Assembly: GCA_002348225.1 (NCBI GenBank)
Contig: DEAP01000041.1
Span: forward strand, 5,047-69,046
Direction: 5' to 3'
DNA length: 64,000 nt
From: Dehalococcoidia bacterium UBA2979
Lineage (GTDB): Bacteria > Chloroflexota > Dehalococcoidia > UBA2979
A program made the translations under genes and the position numbers. Shown piece by piece: positions 39,016 to 48,749 of the stretch. The notes under the pieces were generated by a model that ran no database searches, was not told where the DNA came from, and saw only the letters and a list, made by a program, of their open reading frames with translations. Numbering within the stretch: the stretch's first letter is position 1; every line of letters begins with the position of its first letter.

Positions 39016-39720
39016 CTATAGCCATTCAGTTATTGGATTACCCCATTGAAATGGTCGGGTCAGGATATAACGCAAGCCCGACTCACCCGCATACATCGCA
39101 AGCGCATCAATGATAGGTTGCGTAACATCGATATTGTATCCAACGCCATATGCATATCCGGGACCATCGTGCCAAATATCCAGATAGAGATATGTAGAAC
39201 TGATGCCCTCTGGTTTAGTGAGTTTCGTTTGTTCAACTGCATCGATCACTTGTTGCCAAATTTCCTGCAGCGTCCGTACTGGTTTCAGACGTATAACATG
39301 GATACCGAAATCAAATTTTTCTATTTTAGAAACTATCCAGTTACCATACTCCTTCTGTCGGTCGATCTGTTTGTGCGGCGTGGGGAGTGTATCCATACCA
39401 AACGCTTTCATACACCAAGCCATCGCACAAGTCTCAGTGATTAGGACTTGAATTGCCTCATCTTTCGAATAATCGCCACTACAGCTGAAACTACCATGAG
39501 TTTGAAACATGCGATGTTGCAGTTCTGGTAGTCCTCCATTCTGATACACAGCATCAAATGCCCGCGCCATCCACGCAAATGGCGGATTATGTTCGGTTTC
39601 ACGCGTCATCATAAATGCTATCCAACAACCGTCTTGCTCGTACATTGCGGGCTGGATATCAGGGAATAAACATCTGAGCCATTGCGACATTTCTTCGGGT
39701 CTATCGACTAGCTGTTCCAT
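39016..39720 (-). CDS. Hypothetical protein (234 aa).
   Basis: It is a Trp/Cys-rich soluble ORF directly upstream of uppP with no recognised family. Confidence 0.4.
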   Translation of the reverse strand: MEQLVDRPEEMSQWLRCLFPDIQPAMYEQDGCWIAFMMTRETEHNPPFAWMARAFDAVYQNGGLPELQHRMFQTHGSFSCSGDYSKDEAIQVLITETCAMAWCMKAFGMDTLPTPHKQIDRQKEYGNWIVSKIEKFDFGIHVIRLKPVRTLQEIWQQVIDAVEQTKLTKPEGISSTYLYLDIWHDGPGYAYGVGYNIDVTQPIIDALAMYAGESGLRYILTRPFQWGNPITEWL

Positions 39721-39783
39721 ACCGTTATCGTAAGCTTTCTTTAGCTAGTGCACCGTTACCATAAGAATCATTGAGGAAACGTT

Positions 39784-40590
39784 ATGGTACTTGAAAAATT
39801 TAATTTAAAGGACAAAGTAATTTGTGTGACCGGTGGTGGCCGAGGGCTAGGTAGAGGAATGGCGAAGGCCTTGTCTGAAGCTGGAGCCAAAATTGTGGTC
39901 GCATCACGGACTCAAAAACAGCTTGACTCCGTAGTGGAGGAGATAGTATCTGGTGGCGGAGACGCCATGAGTATTGCCTTTGATGCAACGCAATCAGAGC
40001 AAGTGGACAGTCTGATTGCAGGATGTGTAGCAGAATATGGTCGACTGGACGTGATGTTCGCAAATGCCGGAATCGGTGGTGGGACACAAGCAGAGTTTTG
40101 GGAATATCCAGATTGGGCGTTTGACGGAGAGCTAAGTACTAATCTCAAGTCTACTTTTTACACTTGCAGAGCAGCGGCGAAACAGATGATTCAGCAGGGT
40201 GATGGTGGTGTTTTGGTAACGACTTCGTCCGGAACTGCTCTTCGTGGAAATAAAAATTTTCCTTATCCGACAGCAAAGGGTGGAGTTATATCACTCACTA
40301 AGTCAATGGCGACGATGCTTTACAGTCACGGTATAAGATCGAATTGTATTATTCCCGGATTTGTGTCACAGGCCCCTCCAGAGAATGAGCAAGAAAGAAT
40401 ATTTAGAGAGCAAAGAGGGAAATTTATTCCGGCCCAGCGACTGGGTGAGTGGTGGGAATTGGGGCCATTAGCAGTATTTTTGGCTTCAGAAGCATCATCC
40501 TATATCACCGGAAGCTCTTTCGTAATCGACGGAGGAGGATTAGCCGGTGGACTTGGTCCGATTGGCTACAGACCGGAATATGAGTGGTAG
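39784..40590 (+). CDS. SDR family oxidoreductase.
   Basis: It has VTGGGRGLGRGMAKALSEAGAKIVV, NAG and YxxxK motifs. Confidence 0.85.
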   Translation: MVLEKFNLKDKVICVTGGGRGLGRGMAKALSEAGAKIVVASRTQKQLDSVVEEIVSGGGDAMSIAFDATQSEQVDSLIAGCVAEYGRLDVMFANAGIGGGTQAEFWEYPDWAFDGELSTNLKSTFYTCRAAAKQMIQQGDGGVLVTTSSGTALRGNKNFPYPTAKGGVISLTKSMATMLYSHGIRSNCIIPGFVSQAPPENEQERIFREQRGKFIPAQRLGEWWELGPLAVFLASEASSYITGSSFVIDGGGLAGGLGPIGYRPEYEW

Positions 40591-40597
40591 GCCGGAC

Positions 40598-41395
40598 ATG
40601 AATCAAGATATTCCAGTGCTTGAACATTTCAATCTCGATGGCAAGCGAGCTTTAGTAATTGGATCAGAGTTCCCTGCTGGCGGCGAAATTGCCAAGACCT
40701 ATGCTGTCGCAGGGGCCGATGTTGCTTTGTGCTCCATCACTCCTGATCAGGCGGTGATGGAATCTAGAAAAATAAAAAGAGAGATTGATGCCCTTGGGAG
40801 AAATTCTTTTGAGTATGTGATGGACGTGACTTTAGGGAAAAACGTGCAGGTGACAATGCGCCAAGCCACTAAGGACTTAGGAGGACTTGATTGTGTCGCT
40901 ATCGCTCCAGATTTATTCCTGGCAAAGCCGATCGAATCTGTGACGGAGACTGAACTTGCGAGAGTTATGGCCGTTAACTTCAACGCACATTTTTTTGCCA
41001 TGCGATCAGCTGCGGCTGAATTCCGTAGACAAGGAGTGCCTGGTCGTATTGTGTCAGTTACGTCAGTTCTTGGTGAAAGAGGCCTGCCCAACACTTCTGC
41101 ATATTCTGCCGCGCATAGTGCAGTTCACAACCTTGTGAGGGCTTGTGCACAAGAATTTGGCGGTGACGGAATTATGGTTAACGGAATTGCACTCGGCTAT
41201 ATGGAGTGGATGGGTGATCGTATTAATCCTAACGACGAGGAAGCAATGAGGGCGATCCGCTTTGCGATTATGAGAAGAGCAGGCCGAAAAGATGAAATAG
41301 GTCCGCTAGCACTATATCTATCTGCAGAGAGTGCCACGCGATACGTGACGGGACAAGTTTTCCCGCTCGATGGTGGACTGTTACAGCATCTGTAA
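40598..41395 (+). CDS. SDR family oxidoreductase (atypical glycine motif).
   Basis: It has an SDR fold (ALVIGS...; YSAAHSA). The start is chosen as the first ATG after the upstream stop; 40580 is an alternative. Confidence 0.7.
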   Translation: MNQDIPVLEHFNLDGKRALVIGSEFPAGGEIAKTYAVAGADVALCSITPDQAVMESRKIKREIDALGRNSFEYVMDVTLGKNVQVTMRQATKDLGGLDCVAIAPDLFLAKPIESVTETELARVMAVNFNAHFFAMRSAAAEFRRQGVPGRIVSVTSVLGERGLPNTSAYSAAHSAVHNLVRACAQEFGGDGIMVNGIALGYMEWMGDRINPNDEEAMRAIRFAIMRRAGRKDEIGPLALYLSAESATRYVTGQVFPLDGGLLQHL

Positions 41396-41423
41396 ACTTC
41401 GAAACTTCTTCTCGATAATGTGA

Positions 41424-42197
41424 CTACCGGCCAGTCCAGTCTGGTTTTCGTTTGTCACGATATGCTGGAGGCCCCAATGAAGCGTCATCAGTACTTCCCG
41501 CAACCTTTCTCATAGTTTCGCCGAATCGAATTGCCTCCGTAAACGACATTTCCTGCCCACGCGCTGCTACTTCTTTTGTCGCCCGCACGGCTAAAGGGGC
41601 ACTGTCTAGTAGCCGATTCGCTAGGGCGATGGCTTCTGCCATTAGTGTTTCGTGTTCAACAACTTTCCAAGCGAGTCCCATTTCCTTGGCTCTTTGCGCG
41701 TCGACACGTTCACCGATCAATAGTAGTTCCATGGCATTTTGCCAGCCGATTTTTTTAGGCATTCGAACAGCTCCCTGTATTGTTGGGACTCCGATCCTGA
41801 CTTCCGGGAAACCGAACTGAGCGTGTTCACTAGCTATTACAAAATCGCATGCTGCGACAAGAGTCAAACCAAACCCAAGAGCATAACCGTTGACGGCTGC
41901 GATAGTAGGCTTCCATACCTCCATACCAGATTCCAAAGATGTAAGAGAAGGTATTTCCCAGAAACTTCCTTTTTGGCTGGGAGTTTGCCCAAAAGATTTG
42001 ATATCTGCACCGGCGCAGAAAGCTCGGCCGTTACCCGTAACTATGCCAACCCACGCGTCTTCGTCCTCTCGAAACTGACTCCATGCGTCGTTCAAATCCT
42101 CACGCAATTGGGGATTTATAGCATTCATAGCTTCAGGTCTGTTGTATGTAATAGTTGCTATATGACCCTCGCGTTCATATAGGACTGTGTCACCCAT
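41424..42197 (-). CDS. Enoyl-CoA hydratase/isomerase family protein.
   Basis: It has crotonase motifs (FCAGADIKSF; AAVNGYALGFGLTLVAACDF). Confidence 0.85.
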   Translation of the reverse strand: MGDTVLYEREGHIATITYNRPEAMNAINPQLREDLNDAWSQFREDEDAWVGIVTGNGRAFCAGADIKSFGQTPSQKGSFWEIPSLTSLESGMEVWKPTIAAVNGYALGFGLTLVAACDFVIASEHAQFGFPEVRIGVPTIQGAVRMPKKIGWQNAMELLLIGERVDAQRAKEMGLAWKVVEHETLMAEAIALANRLLDSAPLAVRATKEVAARGQEMSFTEAIRFGETMRKVAGSTDDASLGPPAYRDKRKPDWTGR

Positions 42198-42238
42198 TTT
42201 CTACTCCTAAGTTGTGAATAAATATTCTGAAGCTTAAG

Positions 42239-42535
42239 TTACCAGATTACGGTTGCAGCAAGCATCAGTATTAACAGTCCCATAACTCCTATACCAGAAA
42301 GATATAGAATTGCGACTACCAGACGACTTTCACTCGTTGGAGATTGAATCCCCGACTGGGACAATAGTTCCGGAGGGATATCTGCCTCCACAGCTGGTAT
42401 TTTACGGGAGTGAATTTCCGGGAGCCCAGCATTATTGTAACCACCAGTAAATGCTAGTCCGACCGTCACTAATGCCCAGAGCATCAGTGCGCCTGCAAGA
42501 ACAAATGGAATAATCGCCGGTACATCTATTGTCAT
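42239..42535 (-). CDS. Hypothetical small membrane protein (98 aa, 2 TM).
   Basis: It is a hydrophobic ORF located between the crotonase and alpha/beta-hydrolase genes. Confidence 0.35.
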   Translation of the reverse strand: MTIDVPAIIPFVLAGALMLWALVTVGLAFTGGYNNAGLPEIHSRKIPAVEADIPPELLSQSGIQSPTSESRLVVAILYLSGIGVMGLLILMLAATVIW

Positions 42536-42571
42536 ACTGATCCTAATTCTATGATTTTGTTCAGCTCTGCA

Positions 42572-43375
42572 CTAGAGCAATGCATCAAGGACTGCCTCAG
42601 GTTGCTCGAGGAGAATCTCATGGCTGGCGTTATCAATTTCCGTCAGAGTAGATCCTTTAATCCCATCAAGAAAATCCTGCGCATATGCTATCGGCACAAC
42701 TTTGTCCTGTTTTCCCCAAACAATTTGGGCAGGGCCTGATATTCGGTGTATTCTTTTCTTCAATCCGCGGTCGGGGAGTGGCCAGAGATATTTTGCAGCA
42801 GTGGCTAGTGTTTTGGAACGTTCGACATAGATTTCAATTAGTTCTTCTCCCTCTGCCGATTCGGCACCAGCCTGCGCCAGTCTTCGAAGACCGGTATCAC
42901 CTGCTGATTGAGCTGCCTCACCTTCGGGATCGAGAAAAAAAGCAGCAGCCATCTCAGATGGCGTGCAGGCGAAAAAGTCGAAGGTCGGGTTTTCTTTATG
43001 GAAAAAGCCCATAGGCGATATGAGGCTGACTGATCTAAACCGTTCCGGTTGTGTTGCGGCGAGTTCTGCCGCGATCATTCCTCCGAGCGAGTGCCCAACA
43101 ATTGGAAGGTTATCTAGCCCGAGCTCATCTAAAAGGTCGAGATATACATAGACCAAGTCATGGATGGTGTCGAGCTCAGTCTGACTTTCGTCACCAAAGC
43201 CTGGGTGGCGTGGTGCTATGACATGTTTACCCGCTTGCGCCAAGCCGACGATGACTGGATCTTCGTGAAGGCCGGATATGCCGTGTAGAAATAATAGATA
43301 GTCGTCGCTGTCGCCCCACTCAGCAATCTCAATCTCGAAGCGGCCATTACCCACTGGGATCTGTCTTGTTTGCAT
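42572..43375 (-). CDS. Alpha/beta hydrolase.
   Basis: It has the HGISG oxyanion region and a GHSLGG nucleophile elbow. Confidence 0.8.
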   Translation of the reverse strand: MQTRQIPVGNGRFEIEIAEWGDSDDYLLFLHGISGLHEDPVIVGLAQAGKHVIAPRHPGFGDESQTELDTIHDLVYVYLDLLDELGLDNLPIVGHSLGGMIAAELAATQPERFRSVSLISPMGFFHKENPTFDFFACTPSEMAAAFFLDPEGEAAQSAGDTGLRRLAQAGAESAEGEELIEIYVERSKTLATAAKYLWPLPDRGLKKRIHRISGPAQIVWGKQDKVVPIAYAQDFLDGIKGSTLTEIDNASHEILLEQPEAVLDALL

Positions 43376-43448
43376 AGGGCCCCCGAATCTTCGCCACTAC
43401 TTGATATCTAAAGGCGAGTATAGCGCTCGTAGCTACATTTGAATCAGA

Positions 43449-44330
43449 TTATTTACTAGGGATAACCAGTAACTGCCCAATCGAAAGTGAATCAGGATTT
43501 AACAGTTGATTTGCGCTTCGGAGCTCGGCGGGAGTGATAGAAAATTTGGCTGCAATGGCATTCAATGTGTCCCCACTTTGAACAGTGTAGGTACTTGAAG
43601 AGCCATTATTACTAGCAGAAGCGGTTGAGGCTGACGGAGCTCCTCCTTCAACTATCAGTGTCTGACCTATTGATAAGGAATTTGGATTCGTGATACTTGG
43701 GTTGAGCTTGGTTATCTCTGCAATAGTCAAATCGAATCGGTCGGCAATCGCACCTAGTGAGTCCCCGCTAACAACCGTATAAGTACCGGCCTTGATTTCT
43801 TCGGCCGAACGAACAGTCCCCACCGTGATTGCTGGCGCCAGGTCGGTATCTACAGTCAATATTTGACCGGCTCGCAATATTATTCCTACATTTGGATTCA
43901 GTCTAACCAAATCAGGAATAGAAATATCAAATTTTTCGGAAACGCTGGCCATGCTGTCCCCCACCTGAGTCCGGTACAGTCCACTTGCAGGATCAAGACT
44001 TTGTATTTCCGAGTCGGGGGAAGTAATCAGTATTGGGGTCGATCGGTACCAGGTCCCCGTAACTGAGTTTTCATAATCAAACATGCGGAGTTTCGGACAT
44101 TGGCGCTCTGGTTGTTCGCCAGCTCCGACATCTAGGCAGAATTCAAGCTTCCCATCAGGTAATTTTCTTACGACGATTTCAGCTTGTTGAGTTAGCCATA
44201 CAGACCGTGCAACAAGCAAGGTGCTTGGTAGGAAGGCTATGAGACCAATCAAGACTATAAAGACAAGCACTTTTGAGCGCGTAACTCGGGTGTGGAATTT
44301 TGCAGAAAGATTGCCCTGTGACACATTCAC
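43449..44330 (-). CDS. LysM peptidoglycan-binding domain protein (membrane-anchored, 3 LysM repeats).
   Basis: It has an N-terminal TM helix. It has three LysM repeats (YRTQVGDSMASVSEKF...; YTVVSGDSLGAIADRF...; YTVQSGDTLNAIAAKF...) separated by linkers. Confidence 0.8.
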   Translation of the reverse strand: MNVSQGNLSAKFHTRVTRSKVLVFIVLIGLIAFLPSTLLVARSVWLTQQAEIVVRKLPDGKLEFCLDVGAGEQPERQCPKLRMFDYENSVTGTWYRSTPILITSPDSEIQSLDPASGLYRTQVGDSMASVSEKFDISIPDLVRLNPNVGIILRAGQILTVDTDLAPAITVGTVRSAEEIKAGTYTVVSGDSLGAIADRFDLTIAEITKLNPSITNPNSLSIGQTLIVEGGAPSASTASASNNGSSSTYTVQSGDTLNAIAAKFSITPAELRSANQLLNPDSLSIGQLLVIPSK

Positions 44331-44447
44331 TCCGTGACTATCAATGTTCGATGGATCTATGAAATTATAGTGCTCCTTCGAGCAAGAGGAACCACACTCG
44401 CATGCAAGTCAAAAATACTGGGCAGAGTCCCTGCTGTAATTTCTGAC

Positions 44448-45707
44448 TTAAGCGCCGCCGCCGGCTGCCTCTGCGAGCTCAGGGTTATTGAACATGGGTT
44501 GCTGTTGGACTCGTCCAGCTAACATTTGTGGCCACCAGCGGTCCTCATAATCAGAGTGCAGATGCCGTAGATTCGGGACTACTTCCGTGGCAGTCTTCTT
44601 AATATTTTCCATAGCCAGCTCATGTGGCATAGAGCCGATTTGCGGCAAGAGCATCAAATGTCCAATATTCAAGTCTAAAGCTACCTGTTCCAGCTGTTCG
44701 GTTACGTCCTTCGGGGTTCCGGCAACAACATTTCCAGCCTCAAGCAGAGTCTCCCAGGTACTCCCACCAGGGCGCTCACCAAACGAGCCAATTTGTCCCA
44801 GTAGTCCAGCCTTTAACGTGTCGAGTGTTCGATATCCTGGGGCGTCTCCGAAGCCAGGATATGTATGGAGCATCTTATTGAAAAAATACTCAATATGCGG
44901 GCCATATTTCTCAGCACATTCATCCAATGAATCACCTGTTACGACGAGCTGTAGGAAGCCTGCCTGATAGGGATTTTTTTCCATACCGCGCTGGTCAGCC
45001 TTATTCCAAAAGCCATCCATGACTTGTTTACCACGTTTGAATCCTGAATATGACAAATATGCATAGTTGAATGACTGATCGAGACACCAATCCCAGGTTT
45101 CTATGGAGCCCGCGCCTGGCACCCATACGGGTGGATGAGGTTGCTGTACTGGTCGAGGCCATATATTGACGTATCTCAGTTGAAAGAACCGTCCATCCCA
45201 CGTGAAAACTTCTGGGTCTGTCCAGGCTTTGAGTATCAGATCAGAAGCTTCATAGTACTTATCACGAAGAGTCGCAGGATTTTGGCCATAGGCATAGTTT
45301 GTATCCATCGAAGTTCCGGTAGGGAAACCGGAGACCATCCGACCACCTGATATGCAATCGAGCATAGCCATTTCTTCAGCGACTCTTGTGGGGGGGTCGT
45401 ATAGAGCAATCGAATTTCCCATCACGATTATTGCTACATCTTTGGTTCGCCTGGCCAGACTTGCCGCCATGATATTAGGGGATGGCATGTAACCGTAGGC
45501 ATTTTGATGATGTTCGTTTACACAGACACCATCAAAACCAAGAGACGCGCCGTATTCAAGTTCGTCCAAAGTCCAGTTGTACATTTCGTGAGCCTTAGGG
45601 GGATCAAACAATTCGATTGGGACGTCTACCCATACAGATCGGTATTTCTCAGCGAAGTCTTCAGGAAGGTCGCGGTAGGGATGTAAATGGAACATTTCAA
45701 TTTTCAT
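44448..45707 (-). CDS. LLM-class (luciferase-like) flavin-dependent oxidoreductase.
   Basis: It is 419 aa with a TIM-barrel luciferase-like monooxygenase signature across its length. Confidence 0.8.
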   Translation of the reverse strand: MKIEMFHLHPYRDLPEDFAEKYRSVWVDVPIELFDPPKAHEMYNWTLDELEYGASLGFDGVCVNEHHQNAYGYMPSPNIMAASLARRTKDVAIIVMGNSIALYDPPTRVAEEMAMLDCISGGRMVSGFPTGTSMDTNYAYGQNPATLRDKYYEASDLILKAWTDPEVFTWDGRFFQLRYVNIWPRPVQQPHPPVWVPGAGSIETWDWCLDQSFNYAYLSYSGFKRGKQVMDGFWNKADQRGMEKNPYQAGFLQLVVTGDSLDECAEKYGPHIEYFFNKMLHTYPGFGDAPGYRTLDTLKAGLLGQIGSFGERPGGSTWETLLEAGNVVAGTPKDVTEQLEQVALDLNIGHLMLLPQIGSMPHELAMENIKKTATEVVPNLRHLHSDYEDRWWPQMLAGRVQQQPMFNNPELAEAAGGGA

Positions 45708-45963
45708 GGAGACTCCTCAATCGATTTAGTGTCGTCCTAAGAGAAGTAGACTCTAGCGATATCTATCTTAGTAACACTTACTGGGCACATTGTAGGCTAA
45801 TTTAAGCTGTTTAGACGACGAATAATGCGGTTAAAGAATGGAAGAATTATCTCCCTAAATCTTGAAAAATCCTGTATAGTCTCCCAACCGGCTGAGAAAC
45901 CAGGCAGAGGGGACACTGCACGCAGTGTGTCGCCGGTAGAGAACGACAAGGAAGGGAATTCGA

Positions 45964-47838
45964 ATGGAAAAGAATTATTGGAGTAGATTGGGAGCTCAAC
46001 GACGAGTTTCCAGACGCTCTGTGATACGCGGAGCAGGTGTTGCTGCTGCCGGTATTACGGGCGCTGCACTCATTGGGTGCGGTGGAAGCGACGAAGAAGA
46101 GGCTACAAGTTCGACGGCTGCTCAGGCAACAGCGACTTTGGCTCAGCAGAGAGAAACACAGGCCGCACAGGCCACGTCAACACAGACGTCAGTTGCGGCA
46201 GTTGCGACAACAGCCGCAAATGTTGATCCATATCCGGGAGTCAAGCGCGGTGGAACAATTGTTGGGAGCTGGGTTCAGGACCCTCCAACTATTGATCCGT
46301 ATGGGAACCTTTCGTATCTTTCGAAGTACCCAAGTTTGTTCTCCGTCAGTAGATTGTTTAGAAACGGTACTGAAGAAGGCACCAGTCCTTATAACCTAGG
46401 TCCAGTGCCTGATCTTGCTGAATCAGCTGAGACTGAGGATGCAGTTACTTGGATTGTTAAATTGAAGCAAGGAGTGAAGTTCCACAACAAGGCGCCGGTC
46501 AACGAGCGCGAGGTAACTTCCGCAGATGTACTTTCTTCATGGGATAAGTTGATTGCCGACGATTCGCCGAACAAGGACACTGTCCCTAACATTGATTCGG
46601 CCGAAGCTATAGATGACCACACAATTAAGTTTGTATGTGGTGCTCCATCAGCAACATTTATCGATACTCTTGCTGATCCGAACGCATTGCACGTGCAGCC
46701 TGTAGAGGCTCACAATGGCGGTTTCGATCCTGCGAAAGAAATCATCGGTTCAGGCCCTTGGATATTTGAGAAATATGAGCCATCAGTTGACTTTATGTTC
46801 TCTCGAAACCCAAATTGGCACGGCTCTTTAGCACCAATGGGAAGTGAATATGCGGCTCCATTTGCCGACGCATTCCATTGGATAAGTGTTCCGGAATATC
46901 AGAACCGACTTGCACAGCTCAAGGCAGGGAACCTGCATTATCTGAACAGTGTGAACGCAAATGATGTTATTCCAACAAAAGAAGAGATGCCCGGTATTCA
47001 GTGGTATGGTGCTCGGCCCGCACTGATGTCATTCCTCTACTTCTCTAACAACGAGCTTGACACAAATCCGATATGGCAGGACCTCAGATTCCGTCGATTC
47101 ACTTCGATGGCTCAGGACCGTGATGCGATTACGGAGCTTGGTTATGAGGTTGAGGCTATGGAGAAGGCCGGAGTTGGTTCACGCGCCGATCTATTGCGCT
47201 GGAACAACTTGATACCAGCAGGTTTTGAGAAATGGTGGCTGAACCCGACTGATCCGAAGATGGGAGCTGCTGGAGAGGACTTTAAGTACAATCCAGCAGA
47301 GGCCGCAAAACTGTTGAGTGCTACTGGTTACGATGGTTCGAGCATTAAATTCCAGTACTACCCATACGGTGGTACAGGTGGAACCTTCAATAAGATCGGT
47401 GAGGCAATCCAGGCGTATCTGACTGCTTCCGGACTCACGAGTGAGATCGAGCATCAGGACTACTCCTCACAGTATATTACTCAGACATTCACTGGTAACT
47501 TTAGCGGTATTGCTTGGGGTTATGAGACTCCATTCCCTGAAGTTGGTGGATATTTCCCACGAATGTTCGGTGATAATGAGCGTAACCATGGTCGCATTAA
47601 AGACATGAAGATCCGTGAGCTTGACGCTTTGCAGGCAGCTGAGGCTGACTATGAGCAGAGGAGAGAGTACATCCACGAAATCCAAAAGATTAACGCGGAA
47701 AATATGTACTATGTTCCCGGTCAGGCCGGAGCAGGTGTGGGTTGGACTGGTGCCGATTCCTCTCTACGCGGTTACCGTGTGTGGAAGTCTTACGGTATGG
47801 GTACTGAAAACTCGCCGTGGCTGTGGTTGGACGCTTAG
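45964..47838 (+). CDS. ABC transporter substrate-binding protein (family 5, peptide/nickel type) with a Tat signal and lipobox.
   Basis: It has a twin-arginine motif SRRSVIRGAG, a LIGCGG lipobox, a Thr/Ala/Gln-rich linker and the family-5 SBP core. Confidence 0.8.
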   Translation: MEKNYWSRLGAQRRVSRRSVIRGAGVAAAGITGAALIGCGGSDEEEATSSTAAQATATLAQQRETQAAQATSTQTSVAAVATTAANVDPYPGVKRGGTIVGSWVQDPPTIDPYGNLSYLSKYPSLFSVSRLFRNGTEEGTSPYNLGPVPDLAESAETEDAVTWIVKLKQGVKFHNKAPVNEREVTSADVLSSWDKLIADDSPNKDTVPNIDSAEAIDDHTIKFVCGAPSATFIDTLADPNALHVQPVEAHNGGFDPAKEIIGSGPWIFEKYEPSVDFMFSRNPNWHGSLAPMGSEYAAPFADAFHWISVPEYQNRLAQLKAGNLHYLNSVNANDVIPTKEEMPGIQWYGARPALMSFLYFSNNELDTNPIWQDLRFRRFTSMAQDRDAITELGYEVEAMEKAGVGSRADLLRWNNLIPAGFEKWWLNPTDPKMGAAGEDFKYNPAEAAKLLSATGYDGSSIKFQYYPYGGTGGTFNKIGEAIQAYLTASGLTSEIEHQDYSSQYITQTFTGNFSGIAWGYETPFPEVGGYFPRMFGDNERNHGRIKDMKIRELDALQAAEADYEQRREYIHEIQKINAENMYYVPGQAGAGVGWTGADSSLRGYRVWKSYGMGTENSPWLWLDA

Positions 47839-47880
47839 TTCAATCAGGAATTCATTGCTTCTTTTGAGCAACGAACTTAA

Positions 47881-47925
47881 AAAGGAGCATCTCTACGGAG
47901 ATGCTCCTTTCTTTATGCTATTTTA
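47881..47925 (+). terminator. Rho-independent terminator after the SBP gene.
   Basis: It is a perfect 13-bp stem AAAGGAGCATCTC-TACG-GAGATGCTCCTTT followed by a T-rich tract (CTTTATGCTATTTTATT). The ORF-track ATG at 47901 lies inside the stem. Confidence 0.7.
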
Positions 47926-47966
47926 TTCTCGGAAGGTCACGAGCATTCGATAACAGAGGGGAAAAA

Positions 47967-48749
47967 ATGTCATCTGAAAAGAGATTTAGTGGACAAGTTG
48001 CGGTTGTAACTGGTGCTTCGGGCGGCATTGGCTCAGCCACTGCTCATCGATTTGCCGAGGATGGGGCAAATTTAGTACTTGTTGACTTGGATGGGACTTC
48101 CTTGGAGGAAGTTGCAGCACGCGTGGAGCGTGCTGGTGCGAATGTCATGATGATTGCTGCAGACGTGAGTAAATCTGACGAAGTCGAAAGATATGTGTCA
48201 CAGGGGATGGACAAATTCGGACGGATCGACTCTTTTTTCAACAACGCGGGTATTTTAGGACCATGGAATAATCTCTTTGAGTATCAAGAAGAAGATTTTG
48301 ATCGCGTCTTGTCTGTGAATGTTAAAGGTGTATGGCTTGGGATGAAGTTCGTGGCTCAGGCTATGATGCAGAGTGGGACGGGGGCGATAGTTAACACCGC
48401 CTCTGTGGCTGGACTAAGCGGAACTCCGCCTGTGTTCGCCTACGGAGCGAGTAAACACGCTGTTGTGGGTATGACGAAATCTGCAGCCATGAGCCTTGGG
48501 CCGCATGACATACGAGTTAATGCCGTATGCCCGGCTGTGATCGATACCCCAATGGGTGAAGCAGTATTGCGGGGAGGAAATCCTGACGATATTGAGGCAG
48601 CCAAAGATCGTCTGTCTGAAGTCTATCCGCTAGGTCGAATTGGTCAGCCGGAGGATGTTGCCGGTCTAGTGACTTATTTATGCTCTGATGATGCAGGGTT
48701 TGTAACTGGCGGCATTTATCCAGTCGATGGAGGAAGTAGGGCTCGCTAA
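47967..48749 (+). CDS. SDR family oxidoreductase.
   Basis: It has VVTGASGGIGSATAHRFAEDGANLVL and YGASKHAV motifs. The start is at the ATG preceded by a GAGGGG RBS. Confidence 0.85.
   Translation: MSSEKRFSGQVAVVTGASGGIGSATAHRFAEDGANLVLVDLDGTSLEEVAARVERAGANVMMIAADVSKSDEVERYVSQGMDKFGRIDSFFNNAGILGPWNNLFEYQEEDFDRVLSVNVKGVWLGMKFVAQAMMQSGTGAIVNTASVAGLSGTPPVFAYGASKHAVVGMTKSAAMSLGPHDIRVNAVCPAVIDTPMGEAVLRGGNPDDIEAAKDRLSEVYPLGRIGQPEDVAGLVTYLCSDDAGFVTGGIYPVDGGSRAR

Noticed and set aside
41431-41456. A possible intrinsic terminator (CCAG-TCCAGT-CTGG plus TTTTCGTTTG) after the SDR gene at 41395.
   Set aside because: The stem is only 4-5 bp and lies inside the 3' coding end of the convergent crotonase gene, which is too weak to call.
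45889-45946. A second TPP riboswitch suggested by a GGCTGAGA box.
   Set aside because: It lacks the GGGG.GCC P2 element and the ACCC...GAACCUGA.C.GGUAAU pyrimidine-sensor region, so only the short CUGAGA word is shared.
47901-48749. ORF-track start of the SDR gene at 47901 (MLLSLCYFILGRSRAF...).
   Set aside because: The ATG lies inside the terminator stem and has no RBS. The conserved SDR N-terminus begins at 47967 with a GAGGGG RBS.
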